Shown: positions 19,940 to 30,384 of the stretch, piece after piece
Position numbering within the stretch: position 1 is the stretch's first letter
Layout of the letters: every line of letters starts with the position of its first letter
NCBI GenBank assembly: GCA_028711505.1
Contig: JAQTSC010000001.1
Span: 168,604-232,603 of the forward strand
Direction of reading: 5' to 3'
Source: Minisyncoccota bacterium
Lineage (GTDB): Bacteria > Patescibacteriota > Minisyncoccia > JAHISW01 > Tagabacteraceae
DNA: 64,000 nt
Position numbers and translations under genes: made by a program
The notes under the pieces: generated by a model
What the model was told of the DNA's origin: nothing
The model's database searches: none
Seen by the model: the letters and a program-made list of their open reading frames with translations, nothing else

Positions 19940-20425
19940 ATGGCTTCAAAAACATCCGCCGGGCTTTTGATGTACCGGGTAAAAAACGGGAAAATTGAAT
20001 TCCTTTTAGGACACCCGGGAGGCCCTTTTTTCAAAAACAAAAATAATGGATTTTGGACAATTCCCAAAGGGGAAATAAAAAAAGACGAAGCACCGCTTGA
20101 AACCGCAGAACGAGAATTTGAAGAAGAAACAGGGCTTAAACCCATTAAAGAATTTATCCCGCTTGGAGAGATAATTCAAAAAAACGATAAGAAAGTTTTT
20201 GCCTGGGCTTTTGAATCAACAGACTGGCAAGATGACAACACAATATCTATTCCCCAAACAAATCTCGTTGAAATTGAATGGCCGCCAAAAAGCGGAAAGA
20301 CAATAAAGTTCTCGGAAATTGATAAACTGGAATTTTTTGATTTTGAAAACGCTAAAGAAAAGATAAATCAGGCGCAAATTCCGTTCTTGGAAAATCTTTT
20401 AAAGTACATTGACAAAAACCTATAA
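19940..20425 (+). CDS. NUDIX hydrolase
   Basis: Nudix box GEIKKDEAPLETAEREFEEETGL. Confidence 0.75.
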   Translation: MASKTSAGLLMYRVKNGKIEFLLGHPGGPFFKNKNNGFWTIPKGEIKKDEAPLETAEREFEEETGLKPIKEFIPLGEIIQKNDKKVFAWAFESTDWQDDNTISIPQTNLVEIEWPPKSGKTIKFSEIDKLEFFDFENAKEKINQAQIPFLENLLKYIDKNL

Positions 20426-20485
20426 AAATGCTATAAAAGATATATTAAGGTTTTAAAAAGTGTGAAAGGAAGGAGGTGAAGGTAG

Positions 20486-20689
20486 GTGAAAAAAAGATTT
20501 CAACAAACACCGGAAAATTGGAAACGGTTTAAAGGCTACGGCAGGTATGGTCAAGGAAGCTGGGAAGAGTTGGAAGTTCAAGCGGCAGACAGAGAGCACG
20601 CCGCAACACAAATCTCTTTCAAGTTTAGAGAAATCCACCGTCTAACCCGAACCGCTTTCGTTCAAACATCCAATATCCACCCCGCATAA
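20486..20689 (+). CDS. Small hypothetical protein (67 aa)
   Basis: GTG start preceded by GGAGGTG. A plus-strand terminator follows immediately. Confidence 0.3.
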   Translation: MKKRFQQTPENWKRFKGYGRYGQGSWEELEVQAADREHAATQISFKFREIHRLTRTAFVQTSNIHPA

Positions 20690-20705
20690 CTCTCCCCTTT
20701 CTAAA

Positions 20706-20742
20706 AGCCCCGCTATAAAAAGCGGGGCAGGTTTTTTGTTTT
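20706..20742 (+). terminator. Rho-independent terminator
   Basis: GCCCCGC-tataaaaa-GCGGGGC followed by TTTTTTGTTTT. Confidence 0.5.
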
Positions 20743-21982
20743 ATTCGTATCTAAGCGCTTCAATCGGGCTTTTACGCGAGGCCTGCCGCGCCGGATAAAG
20801 CCCGAAAATCAGTCCGACAAAAGCCGAGACTCCTATTCCCAAAAGCGCGGCTGAAAACGGAAAAGTAAATCCCCAATCAATAGCAAGCGCCTGCGTCAGA
20901 ATTAAAGACGCCAGAAAAGAAAAGGCGGCCCCAAGAAAAATTCCGATAAGTCCGCCCATGGCGGTGAGCAAAATCGCTTCAAGTAGAAATTGGCTTAAAA
21001 TATCTTTTTCGGTCGCTCCAAGCGCTTTGCGAAGCCCTATTTCCCGAGTGCGTTCGGTAACAGAAACAAGCATTATATTCATAATTCCAATTCCGCCAAC
21101 GACAAGCGAAATGGCCGCTACCGCCGCCAAAAACAGCGTAAGAATATTCATAATGGTTCCGACCATCTCCATCGCTTGCGCCTGAGTTTCCAAAAAGAAA
21201 TCGTCTTTGTCAGGGTCGGTGATATTATGGTTATTACGCAGAGTAATTTTTATATCCTCAACAGTCCTATCGACATTTTCTTCGCTGTCGGCCTCCACCA
21301 CGATACGATTATAATATTTGATGCTGAAGATATATTGCTGAGCGGTAGTGTATGGCGTGATAGCCGAATCATCAAAACTGATGAAAGAAAACTGCCCTTT
21401 TTCCGGCAGCACGCCGACAATACGAAGCCCTCGATTTTTTATTTTTATCTTCTGCCCGAGCGCTTCTTCGTTTGGCTCAAAAAGTTCATTTCTAAGTTTT
21501 GAACCGATAATAACAACTTCCGCTTTGGACATTATTTCTTCATCGGTAAAAAGCCTGCCTTCTTCGGGATAGATATCATAAATTTCCGCGAAAAAATTGT
21601 TAACGCCGAAAACAGTAGTCTGATGAATTTTATTTTCCCGCGTTGCCGCTTCGGAACCGAAAACTATAGGCATTACGCGCATCAAATGCGGCACATTGAT
21701 TTTTTTTTGCAAATCTTCCAAATCCTTATTTTTCAAAGAATCGGTAAAGGTGGAAAGAGAATCCGCAATGCCGGTAGGCTGCCGGCCTGGAGCTATAGCG
21801 ATAGTTTTCGAACCCATGCTCTGAATTTGACCAAGAATAAGATTTTGCGCTCCCTGCCCCAGAGAAACAATAAGAATAATCGCCGTAACCCCTATCACTA
21901 TTCCTAAAATAGTAAGAGACGAACGCGACTTGTTCGTTTTAAGTCCCCTAACCGCGGTTCTAAAACTATATTTAAAAGTCAT
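20741..21982 (-). CDS. ABC transporter permease, MacB/FtsX-like
   Basis: N-terminal TM, large periplasmic domain, C-terminal FtsX-type 3-TM bundle. Confidence 0.8.
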   Translation of the reverse strand: MTFKYSFRTAVRGLKTNKSRSSLTILGIVIGVTAIILIVSLGQGAQNLILGQIQSMGSKTIAIAPGRQPTGIADSLSTFTDSLKNKDLEDLQKKINVPHLMRVMPIVFGSEAATRENKIHQTTVFGVNNFFAEIYDIYPEEGRLFTDEEIMSKAEVVIIGSKLRNELFEPNEEALGQKIKIKNRGLRIVGVLPEKGQFSFISFDDSAITPYTTAQQYIFSIKYYNRIVVEADSEENVDRTVEDIKITLRNNHNITDPDKDDFFLETQAQAMEMVGTIMNILTLFLAAVAAISLVVGGIGIMNIMLVSVTERTREIGLRKALGATEKDILSQFLLEAILLTAMGGLIGIFLGAAFSFLASLILTQALAIDWGFTFPFSAALLGIGVSAFVGLIFGLYPARQASRKSPIEALRYE

Positions 21983-21994
21983 GGCTTTCTTGTT

Positions 21995-22714
21995 TTACTT
22001 CTCAAACATATGCCTCGATTTGCGGCGGTCTCCGACTTTTTCATCACTCTCGATTTTTCCGTCTTTCAAACGGATAATTCTTTGCGCGTGTTCGGCTGTG
22101 TAAGTTTCGTGAGTTATAAGAATAACAGTATGCCCTTTTTCTTCGTTCAACCGCTGGATTGTTTCCATAACCATCTGCCCCGATTTGGAATCGAGATTTC
22201 CGGTAGGTTCATCGGCAAAAATTATCTGCGGAGAATTCACCAAAGCGCGCGCTATCGCCACGCGCTGTTTTTCGCCTCCGGAAAGCTGATAGGGTTCATG
22301 GTTTATCCGATGAGACATCCCGACAATATCTATGGCGGCTTTCGCCATTTCATCCCAGAGAGATTCTTTTATCCCCGAATAAAGGAGTGGCAATTTTACG
22401 TTTTCCAAAACCGTAGTTTTTGGAAGAAGATTAAACGCCTGGAAAACAAAACCCATCTTTTTGTTTCTTACGCGCGCTATTTCTTCCTTTGAATAATCGT
22501 CTATGGTTCTTCCGTCAAAACGATACTCGCCGGACGTATAGAAATCCAGAAAACCGAGCATGTGAAGAAGAGTTGATTTTCCGGAACCGGACGGGCCCAT
22601 CACCGCCACAAATTCTCCCTGTTCGATATTAAAAGAAATGCCATCCAAAGCCGGCAGGTCAGAACCGTCCGAAGTGTATCTTTTGACTAAATTTTTTGTT
22701 TCTATAAGAGACAT
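21995..22714 (-). CDS. ABC transporter ATP-binding protein (MacB/LolD-type)
   Basis: Walker [10 protein letters not shown], signature [15 protein letters not shown], Walker [13 protein letters not shown]. Confidence 0.85.
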   Translation of the reverse strand: MSLIETKNLVKRYTSDGSDLPALDGISFNIEQGEFVAVMGPSGSGKSTLLHMLGFLDFYTSGEYRFDGRTIDDYSKEEIARVRNKKMGFVFQAFNLLPKTTVLENVKLPLLYSGIKESLWDEMAKAAIDIVGMSHRINHEPYQLSGGEKQRVAIARALVNSPQIIFADEPTGNLDSKSGQMVMETIQRLNEEKGHTVILITHETYTAEHAQRIIRLKDGKIESDEKVGDRRKSRHMFEK

Positions 22715-22755
22715 AAAATTGCAGAAAAAAATCCTTCGCAAAAAGGCCGCGTTTT

Positions 22756-24318
22756 TTATTTCTTCACGGAAATCATCACCTTATCGCCTTCGCTTATGCC
22801 GTTTGTTATTTCAATATTACCGTCAGAACCCCTTAGCCCGATCTCAACTTTAATCTCCTTGTAAGTTTTTCCGTCCGGTTCAATAACCTTTACGAATTTA
22901 TCCCCGTTTGACGATATGACCGCGCGAAAAGGAATTGAAATCACGTTCTCTTTTTTGTCGGCCAAAATATCCAAATTCGCGGTCATGCCCGATTTAATCC
23001 TGTCGTCTTTTTTAATGAATTGAAAAGTCGTCTTGTATGTTGAAACTCCTTCGATAACAGTTTCGGCAGGGTCTATTTTTGTAAGCCTCGCTTCAAAAAA
23101 AACGCTTTCTCCGTACGCGTCAAGCGTCACTTTCGTGAAATCTCCTATTTGAAGTTTAGAGATATCGGCTTCGGCAATATTCGCTTCTATTTCAAAATCG
23201 GACTCGGAAATCATTGAAACAACGGAAGTATTCGCTATCGCGGTTTCGCCGACCTTGGCGTCTTGCTTCGTAATTACTCCCGCTATGGGCGCCCAAATGA
23301 CATTTTTAGAAATTTGCGCTTTTATTTTATCAACAGCCGCTTCGGCTTCTTTCACGCTGGCTTTTTTCGCTTCAATTTCTTCCGAAGAACTGCCTGCGAG
23401 TTCCAAATCCAGTTGTTTTTCCGCCAGGTCTAAGGCTGATTGCTCCGTACGAAAACCTTCCACTGCCGTGGAAAGATTTGAAATCGCCGTATTGACATTT
23501 GTTCTTGCGGCGGAAACATCTGTTTTCCACCCGTCTATCGTAGTTTGAGAAAGCGAAGTATTCGGAGTAAGAGAATTTACAACAGAAGCCGCTTTTCCCA
23601 GAAAATCGCTTATTTGGTTTAAATTGTTTTGGGCAACATTCGCTTTTGAAAGCAGTTCTTCGGAAGAAAGTCCGCTTAAAACCCAGGAATTCCAATTGAC
23701 TAAAAGCACTTCAACGCTTCTTCTTCCAAATTCAACCGCTATTTCAGTCGTTGAATCCGACGGGCTGAATCTAAGCTGAGGGCTTACGCTTCTCGGATTA
23801 TCAAAAAACTGGTCGGCCTTGCCGCGAACCGCGTCGTCGGACTTGGTGTAAGCATCTTCTATCTTGTCCAAAAGAGTGCGTTTCGCGTCATCCAAAGCGA
23901 CTCCTGCGTTCGCCACTTTTACTCTTTGTATTTCTATCTCTTCGGGTCGGGAACCCCTTTCAAGTTCAGCCAGCTGAATTTTCGCTGATTCAAGAGACGC
24001 TTCCTTGCTCCTCAAGTCGGCGGAAAGTTCCGAAGTGTCCAAAGACGCTATGGATTGTCCCGAAAAAACCTTATCGCCAACATCGACATAAACCGCCACA
24101 ATTCTTCCGCTGGATTGAAAAGCCAAATCAACGCTTTGCGCCGGTTCGACTTTTCCGGTAACGCTCACTTCCAAAACAACATCCGTCTTCTTCGCCTCGG
24201 CAAAATCAAAAGCGGTTTCCCCCCCTCTCAAAAAGAAAAACCAAATTCCCGCAGCCACCAGGACGGCAAGAATTGAAAACAAAAAAATATACTTATGCTT
24301 TTTAAAAATTGAAGTCAT
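22756..24318 (-). CDS. HlyD-family periplasmic adaptor (MacA-like)
   Basis: N-terminal TM, long coiled-coil, beta-barrel C-terminus. Operonic with the ABC pair. Confidence 0.8.
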   Translation of the reverse strand: MTSIFKKHKYIFLFSILAVLVAAGIWFFFLRGGETAFDFAEAKKTDVVLEVSVTGKVEPAQSVDLAFQSSGRIVAVYVDVGDKVFSGQSIASLDTSELSADLRSKEASLESAKIQLAELERGSRPEEIEIQRVKVANAGVALDDAKRTLLDKIEDAYTKSDDAVRGKADQFFDNPRSVSPQLRFSPSDSTTEIAVEFGRRSVEVLLVNWNSWVLSGLSSEELLSKANVAQNNLNQISDFLGKAASVVNSLTPNTSLSQTTIDGWKTDVSAARTNVNTAISNLSTAVEGFRTEQSALDLAEKQLDLELAGSSSEEIEAKKASVKEAEAAVDKIKAQISKNVIWAPIAGVITKQDAKVGETAIANTSVVSMISESDFEIEANIAEADISKLQIGDFTKVTLDAYGESVFFEARLTKIDPAETVIEGVSTYKTTFQFIKKDDRIKSGMTANLDILADKKENVISIPFRAVISSNGDKFVKVIEPDGKTYKEIKVEIGLRGSDGNIEITNGISEGDKVMISVKK

Positions 24319-24345
24319 AATTTTTTCTAATTTAAAACGAAGAGG

Positions 24346-24558
24346 TTATTTTCCTTTATTCGGCTGGCGGTCGGCTTTTTTGGGCACGACAAAGATGGCG
24401 ATAATATAAGCGGCTATTCCCAGCACGAAACCGGTAAGCGCCGTTATCGCTATCCACGCGAGCCTCAAAACCACCGGGTCAACGTCAAAATACTCGCCAA
24501 GCCCGCCGAAAATTCCGGCAAAAACTTTGTTCTCTCCGCTTCTGTATAACTTTTTCAT
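24346..24558 (-). CDS. PspC-domain membrane protein
   Basis: RSGENKVFAGIFGGLGEYFDVDPVVLRLAWI followed by a TM. Start trimmed to the internal ATG at 24558. Confidence 0.65.
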   Translation of the reverse strand: MKKLYRSGENKVFAGIFGGLGEYFDVDPVVLRLAWIAITALTGFVLGIAAYIIAIFVVPKKADRQPNKGK

Positions 24559-24673
24559 AATGCTATTTATAGCATAAAAAACCCGGAAAGTTAAAGAAGC
24601 TGTTCGGTTGACCCGGTTCCTTCTTTTCTCTAAGATATAAGCCAGAATTTGAAAACAAAATAGCAAAAAGGAG

Positions 24674-25783
24674 GTGATAATCTTGGGCAAAAATAAAAAG
24701 AAAAGACCGAAAAAAACCAAGCTTGAAATGATATTTGAAAAAACGGCGGAAGACGTGAGAATTTTAAGAAAAAATGCCTCAATCGTCATCAATATCGAAA
24801 ACAATGCGGAAAAACCTGTCTTGGTAGAAAATCCAAATGGCCGGCTCAATTTGATAGCCGTTATCGGGCCATCGTCTTTTTTGTGGGAAGGAAAAGAATA
24901 TTGCGTGGATGAAGCCGTTCTTTTGGAAATAGGAGCAGAAAGAGCTCGACCTTACATCCTTTCGAAAGCGAAAAGGGGGAAACTGAAAACAAAAAGCCTT
25001 CACGGCAGAAACAAAAGATTTTTTCTTTCAGAATCTCAATATAAAATAGCGGCGCCGGTTTTATTTGACTGCATCGCAAAAAAAGCGACGGAGAAATGTT
25101 CGACCAGAATGAGGGCTGGCTGGAAGATTCATGAAAAAAACACCAGATGGAACAAATTCCGTAAAAATTTTGAAATAAAAGACAAGACAAAATGGCGGCC
25201 AAACGGTTCAAGATTCTCAGTATCGAAGAAAGACAGCTTGGTTCTTGGAGATATTTTTTGGGCGGAATTGAATTTAAACTCCGCCACAAAACGCCAAGTA
25301 GACGGCATTGCAAACGCTATCGGCATGGTAATAGTGGGCTGGACAGAGAAGAGAGGAAAAGATTTTAAAAAATTTCTCAAAAGCCAAAACGGAGACGAAA
25401 TTAAATGGAGCATCAAAAGATTGCCTCTGTATCTTGAAAAAATCGCCATGAAAAGATGTATTGAAATAAATCCCAAAAGCCGCTTTGTCTGCGATTTCTG
25501 CGAACTCTTGGGAATAAATTTGGAATCCAAAACCGACGAAGAAATTTTAGCGGAAAAAGCCGAGGAAATCGGAAATCCCTTGGGCAGAATAGGCAATATG
25601 GTATTAAAAACCAGCCCGCGCATCGCGGCAAAACGCAAAACTCAACCAAGATATCCCAAAAGATACGTGGTAATAGAAGTTTATCCTCCCGAGATTTTGG
25701 AAAAAGAAGAAGAAGAAACAAACTGGATAAATCCGAAATACCTGGACCAAACGGCATTTATTGAAGACATTATCCCGTTTTAA
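24674..25783 (+). CDS. Hypothetical protein (369 aa, basic)
   Basis: GGAGG immediately upstream of the GTG/TTG start. A strong terminator follows. Confidence 0.5.
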   Translation: MIILGKNKKKRPKKTKLEMIFEKTAEDVRILRKNASIVINIENNAEKPVLVENPNGRLNLIAVIGPSSFLWEGKEYCVDEAVLLEIGAERARPYILSKAKRGKLKTKSLHGRNKRFFLSESQYKIAAPVLFDCIAKKATEKCSTRMRAGWKIHEKNTRWNKFRKNFEIKDKTKWRPNGSRFSVSKKDSLVLGDIFWAELNLNSATKRQVDGIANAIGMVIVGWTEKRGKDFKKFLKSQNGDEIKWSIKRLPLYLEKIAMKRCIEINPKSRFVCDFCELLGINLESKTDEEILAEKAEEIGNPLGRIGNMVLKTSPRIAAKRKTQPRYPKRYVVIEVYPPEILEKEEEETNWINPKYLDQTAFIEDIIPF

Positions 25784-25832
25784 AAAGCGCCGAAATGCGA
25801 TTGATTACGCATAGCGGCGCTTTATTATTTTC
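25784..25832 (+). terminator. Rho-independent terminator
   Basis: AAGCGCCG...CGGCGCTT stem followed by TATTATTTTCT. Confidence 0.5.
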
Positions 25833-25842
25833 TGGCAACCTA

Positions 25843-25880
25843 AAAATAAAAGGGCAACATAAAATATTGCCCTTTTTGTG
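25843..25880. terminator. Bidirectional terminator hairpin
   Basis: AGGGCAA-cataaaatat-TTGCCCT flanked by A- and T-tracts. Confidence 0.45.
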
Positions 25881-25900
25881 GTGAGATAAAATTAAAATGT

Positions 25901-26248
25901 TTAAATCCGTAAAATTTCTTTATCCCCCAGCGTCACTAAAATATAAAATGTTTTTCCAACACCGAGATCCGCGCTCTCGTCGTCTTTGCCAAAATTAACG
26001 ATCACTTCCGGCAAATATTTCCTGGCAGCTTCCATTCCGTCTTTAACAAGGCAATTGTCGGCTATTAACATATCCACAAGAAAGTCGTAGACGTTAGCGG
26101 CCTCAATCAAATCCATAAGCACCCGTAGTTTTTCTTTCCGGGAAGATTGTTCTTTAAACACCTTCTCAAGCTCTTCTGCTTTCTTCTTAACCTCTTTTTC
26201 CTTCTCTTTCAGCTTTTTTCTATCAGCATCAGCAACAAAAAACTCCAT
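25901..26248 (-). CDS. Hypothetical coiled-coil protein
   Basis: Start trimmed to MEFFVADAD. Confidence 0.45.
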   Translation of the reverse strand: MEFFVADADRKKLKEKEKEVKKKAEELEKVFKEQSSRKEKLRVLMDLIEAANVYDFLVDMLIADNCLVKDGMEAARKYLPEVIVNFGKDDESADLGVGKTFYILVTLGDKEILRI

Positions 26249-26437
26249 CCTCTTTTTCCCCCTTCTTTTTTTAATGAGCAATTCTATATTTTAGAGATAG
26301 CACATATTTATCTTTTTGTAAAGAGCAAGATTTAGCAAAACGAAAGCCCGCCTCCATAAAACGAAGACGGGCCGTCATTTGGGACTTGGCAAAGGGTCAT
26401 CCCCTAAGACCGATCCGATTGAGTTAGCCATTGGAAT

Positions 26438-26728
26438 TTACACAATTTCCAACTCAGAAAAACTCTTTTGGTCTTTTTCATTCCTCTCTTCCTCTTTTTG
26501 GAAATAATACGTTCCCAAAACAGTGCCTACCGCGCAACCAAAAGCATAAACTACGGCAATCAGCCAATTATCAATGTCGTCCACAAAACGCTGAAGCACA
26601 TAATACCATATGAGGACGTTAACCATTGTAATTGCCCCGCTTGCCATAACCTTTGTTCTCGTGACAACTTTAGTCCAAGCGGTCACAATAAGCATTTCAA
26701 TAATGCCGACAAAAAATAAGAAGAACAT
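26438..26728 (-). CDS. Small membrane protein
   Basis: 96 aa with 2-3 TM helices. Confidence 0.4.
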   Translation of the reverse strand: MFFLFFVGIIEMLIVTAWTKVVTRTKVMASGAITMVNVLIWYYVLQRFVDDIDNWLIAVVYAFGCAVGTVLGTYYFQKEEERNEKDQKSFSELEIV

Positions 26729-26867
26729 AGTGTGTTTTTCTGAAGTTTACGCTAGTAATTTTTTAACGACCAATGAAAAAATATTCCCTCAGCGGGAATA
26801 CTTTTCACTACGAAATTATTATACTCTAAAAAAGCTTTTTTTACAACCCCCCGCAATATTTCATAAT

Positions 26868-27269
26868 TCACTTCCCTTCTTCGGAAAAAACGCGATAAGG
26901 ATACCTTTTTGAGAGCAAATTGTAAAAATAAGGCCTCGAGATAAAGGAAAACCCCACAATGGTCATCGCGAAAAAAACCGCGATTTTTACCCCGACGGAC
27001 ATGTTCAAAACAAACACGAAAAAAGACGAAAAAAACATTATGATTCCGCCGGTCGGCTCGTTCTTCCACGCGACGAAAAGAAGTATCGTAAAAACATACG
27101 CGGGGAAAAGACGCATAACAAGCAGCGTTATTATCGCCCAGACAGAAGGGTCGTCATCATAAATTCCCAAAGCGGAAATCCACAAAAAGCAAAGGAAAGC
27201 TATTCCTAAAGATCTGGGTGTCCAGTATGAAATTTTTTCCATCTTATCCCTATCCATATTCATTTGCAT
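26868..27269 (-). CDS. Membrane hypothetical protein
   Basis: 133 aa, polytopic. Confidence 0.45.
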   Translation of the reverse strand: MQMNMDRDKMEKISYWTPRSLGIAFLCFLWISALGIYDDDPSVWAIITLLVMRLFPAYVFTILLFVAWKNEPTGGIIMFFSSFFVFVLNMSVGVKIAVFFAMTIVGFSFISRPYFYNLLSKRYPYRVFSEEGK

Positions 27270-27347
27270 AAAATTTTATTTCAAAAAAGCCTTACGGCAA
27301 AAACACAAACTGTCGGCAAGAACAAAAACAAAAGTGCAAATTCTCCG

Positions 27348-27740
27348 CTAAAACTCGTCTCCGAATTTCTTCTCTTCAAGCTCTGAAATTTCTCTTTCGC
27401 CAAAGCCCAGATGATGACCCACTTCGTGCCAAACCACTTCAAAAACCAGCTTTCTTATTTTTTTTGAATCGGTCCTCCCCGCCAGCTCTTCAATCGGCTT
27501 TTGGAAAATAGTGATCTTATCGGGCATCACGCCGAAATATCCGGATCCGCGGGCGCTCTTTGGAACGCCTTCATAAAGCCCCAAAATATCGTCATCAACA
27601 AAAATTTCCGTCTCGCCGAAATTCTTTTTGCGCGCTTCTTCCTCAACGACAAAAACAAGGTTCTCCAAAGACGCTTTTGCTTTCCCCGGCAAGGCGTTCA
27701 CCGCTTCTGCCACTATTTTTTCAAATTCTTTTGTATTCAC
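27348..27740 (-). CDS. Small Zn-metallopeptidase-like protein (HExxH)
   Basis: WHEVGHHLGF motif. 130 aa. Confidence 0.6.
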   Translation of the reverse strand: MNTKEFEKIVAEAVNALPGKAKASLENLVFVVEEEARKKNFGETEIFVDDDILGLYEGVPKSARGSGYFGVMPDKITIFQKPIEELAGRTDSKKIRKLVFEVVWHEVGHHLGFGEREISELEEKKFGDEF

Positions 27741-27750
27741 TTCCGTACTG

Positions 27751-28770
27751 TTATTCTACCAAAAAATCGCCGGACAAGCTCCCTCCTGCCAGCTGGCCGC
27801 AAGCGGCGCTTATATCCTCGCCAAAACGGTATCTCTGGGTAACTCCTATTCCTCTTTTCTCCAAAATTTCCCGGAATTTTTTAATCTTAAGAGGAGCGGA
27901 AGGCTTGAAAAATCCGGTCGGATTATAAGAAATCAAATTGACGAAACAAAGGCGCCCCCTCATCAGCTCGGCCAATTTTTCGGCATGCTTTTCACTGTCA
28001 TTTACACCGCTTATCATTACATACTCAAACATCACGCGGCGTCCGGTATTTTTTATATAATCATCAACCGCGGCTAAAATTTTCTTAATCGGATATTTTT
28101 CGTTAATCGGCATCAATTTTAAACGAAGGTCGTCATCGGGAGCATGAAGTGAAATCGCCAAATTTATCTGTAATTTTTCTTTTGCCAAATTTATAATTCC
28201 TTCAACAATACCGGCGGTAGAAATTGAAAAATGCCTGGCGCCCAGATTAAATTCTTCCTTGCCGTTCAAAATCTTTATCGCCCCGATCACATTTTTGTAA
28301 TTCAAAAACGGCTCACCCATACCCATAAAAACTACGCTGGTGATTTTTTCTTTAAATTTCTTCAAATAGCGGGCGAAAAACAAAACCTGGTCTGTAATTT
28401 CATAAATATCCAAATTTCTTTTGAATCCGGTTTTTCCCGTGGCGCAAAAAGAACAATCCAAAACGCAGCCCACTTGAGAAGAAACGCAAACGGTATTTCT
28501 GGCGCCCTTGCCTCTCATTAAAACCGATTCAATTTTCAAGCCGTCTTTTAAGACGAAAAGAGCTTTTATCGCATCCTTGTTTTTGGAAACAATAGTCTTT
28601 CCTGGAGTTTCAATCGGAAACTCTTTGCTTAATTTTTCTCTCAAACCTAACGGCAAAGCCGACGCTTCCCGCCAATCCTGAATTAAATCCTGAAAAATAG
28701 CTTTCCTTGCTTGTTTTAAGCGATACTCTGGTTCTTTGTTAAAAAATTTTTGAAGCCGCGCTAAATCCAT
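27751..28770 (-). CDS. rlmN: 23S rRNA/tRNA adenine-C2 methyltransferase RlmN (radical SAM)
   Basis: CVSSQVGCVLDCSFCATG radical-SAM cluster motif. Confidence 0.9.
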   Translation of the reverse strand: MDLARLQKFFNKEPEYRLKQARKAIFQDLIQDWREASALPLGLREKLSKEFPIETPGKTIVSKNKDAIKALFVLKDGLKIESVLMRGKGARNTVCVSSQVGCVLDCSFCATGKTGFKRNLDIYEITDQVLFFARYLKKFKEKITSVVFMGMGEPFLNYKNVIGAIKILNGKEEFNLGARHFSISTAGIVEGIINLAKEKLQINLAISLHAPDDDLRLKLMPINEKYPIKKILAAVDDYIKNTGRRVMFEYVMISGVNDSEKHAEKLAELMRGRLCFVNLISYNPTGFFKPSAPLKIKKFREILEKRGIGVTQRYRFGEDISAACGQLAGGSLSGDFLVE

Positions 28771-28780
28771 CTTAATATAC

Positions 28781-28823
28781 TAACAAGAAACCGCCCGCTT
28801 TTTAAGCGGGCGGTTTCTTGTTA
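28781..28823. terminator. Perfect palindromic terminator
   Basis: TAACAAGAAACCGCCCGC-ttttta-GCGGGCGGTTTCTTGTTA. Confidence 0.5.
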
Positions 28824-28836
28824 GTGGCATTGCGTT

Positions 28837-29034
28837 TTAAGCGCGTGACACATTTGTGGCGCTCGGTCCCTTTTCACCGTCTACGACTTCAAAAGTAACT
28901 GCATCGCCGACTTTGAGTTCGTCATATGCAACTCCTTTGAGCTCATTTGAGTGAAAGAAAAGATCCTTTGCTTCGCCTTCGCGCGCGATGAATCCGAATC
29001 CTTTGGGCGTGAGCGTTTTGATAGTTCCGTTCAT
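28837..29034 (-). CDS. cspA: Cold-shock protein
   Basis: KGFGFI RNP1 motif; 65 aa. Confidence 0.9.
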   Translation of the reverse strand: MNGTIKTLTPKGFGFIAREGEAKDLFFHSNELKGVAYDELKVGDAVTFEVVDGEKGPSATNVSRA

Positions 29035-29135
29035 TTAATTATTCAAGTTATTTTTTATACAGAAATCCGACCTCGTCTCTATAGTGTTTTAATAATATCA
29101 AAATAATATAATTTTGTCAACTTTAACCTTGGTCT

Positions 29136-30110
29136 TTATAACTTTTTTGTTTTGGCTGCTTGCAAATCATTAAGTATTTTTTTCACAAACTCAATGCTGT
29201 CCAATTCAAAAATGGATATGGCCGTTATTTTTTTATTCAATTTTTTAATCTTCTTTATAGTCTCATTAACAATAGTCGGCGAAACCGCGTCTTTCTTGCT
29301 TATAAAAACATACTCCGGTTTTTCGAGAAGCGGTTTATTGTACGCCCCAAGCTCATGGCGTACTGTCTTATAATCGGAAACAGGGTCGGCGGAATCCGCG
29401 GCGATAAAATGAAACAACGTATTCGTGCGTTCCACGTGCCGCAAAAATTTAATGCCCAGTCCTTTTCCGCCAGACGCGCCCTCAATGAGCCCCGGAATGT
29501 CGGCAAGTATCAAATCAAAATAAGTACCTAAATTCGGCTCCAAAGTGGTAAATGGATAATTCGCCACTTTGCTTTTCGCGTTAGTAAGCTCGTTAAGTAA
29601 GCTTGATTTTCCGACATTAGGCAGCCCGATAAACCCCACGTCGGCGATCAGTTTTAATTCAAAACGAATTTTAAACGCTTCTCCCGGCGTTCCGTATTGA
29701 AATTCTTTTGGCGTCGTATTGGTGGAAGAACGAAAATGAAAATTCCCTTTTCCCCCGCGGCCGGCGCGGGCAATTGCCTCCCTTTGCCCGATTTTAGTTA
29801 TCTCAATATCTTTGCCGGTACTTAAATTATGAATTACGGTCCCCGTTGGAACGAATAAAATCAACTCATCGGAATCGGCGCCATCACGAAACTGAGAATG
29901 GCCGTCTTCCCCGTTTTTAGCGTTAATTTCTTTTTTAAAGCGAAATTGATTCAGCGCGCTCAAATCAGAAACCCCTTCGGCAAAAACGCTTCCGCCCCTG
30001 CCTCCGCTTCCGCCAGCCGGCCCAAAAGACATAACATTTTTATTAAAAGAGACAGCGCCCTTTCCTCCATTTCCCGCGCGTACTTTAATTGTCACATCAT
30101 CAATCAGCAT
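29136..30110 (-). CDS. obg: GTPase Obg (N-terminal Obg fold + G domain; no long C-terminal extension)
   Basis: Gly-rich Obg fold, then G1 GLPNVGKSSLL, DIPGLIEGA, NKPD-like motif. Confidence 0.85.
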   Translation of the reverse strand: MLIDDVTIKVRAGNGGKGAVSFNKNVMSFGPAGGSGGRGGSVFAEGVSDLSALNQFRFKKEINAKNGEDGHSQFRDGADSDELILFVPTGTVIHNLSTGKDIEITKIGQREAIARAGRGGKGNFHFRSSTNTTPKEFQYGTPGEAFKIRFELKLIADVGFIGLPNVGKSSLLNELTNAKSKVANYPFTTLEPNLGTYFDLILADIPGLIEGASGGKGLGIKFLRHVERTNTLFHFIAADSADPVSDYKTVRHELGAYNKPLLEKPEYVFISKKDAVSPTIVNETIKKIKKLNKKITAISIFELDSIEFVKKILNDLQAAKTKKL

Positions 30111-30384
30111 AATATATATATAACAAGAAAAAGGCCTTTAAAAAACCAATAATTCACGGTCCGATAATCTTAACAGCCTCAATAAAAAATCTTGCTGGAT
30201 TTGTCAGAAAAATTACTGGCTTTTTAAAAGCCTTCAAAAATAGCTAAGAGAACGTATAGAACAAGAGAAATTATCTTAGTATTTGAAGTATATCATATCT
30301 GATTTGTCTTGTCAAACAGAAAACTTTTGTATATGATATAGAAACACGACAGCCGGAAGGACCGGATATTTTTATAAAATTATT

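Noticed and set aside
24559-24849. The N-terminal 97 codons of the 167-aa PspC-domain ORF
   Set aside because: They overlap the SD-supported plus-strand gene starting at 24674. The PspC domain starts at an internal ATG (24558), so the upstream extension is probably not translated.
26282-26437. GC-rich hairpins (agcccgcc...gacgggcc) suggestive of a small RNA
   Set aside because: They could simply be a terminator for the flanking minus-strand genes. No conserved ncRNA motif (SRP, 6S, RNase P) was recognised.
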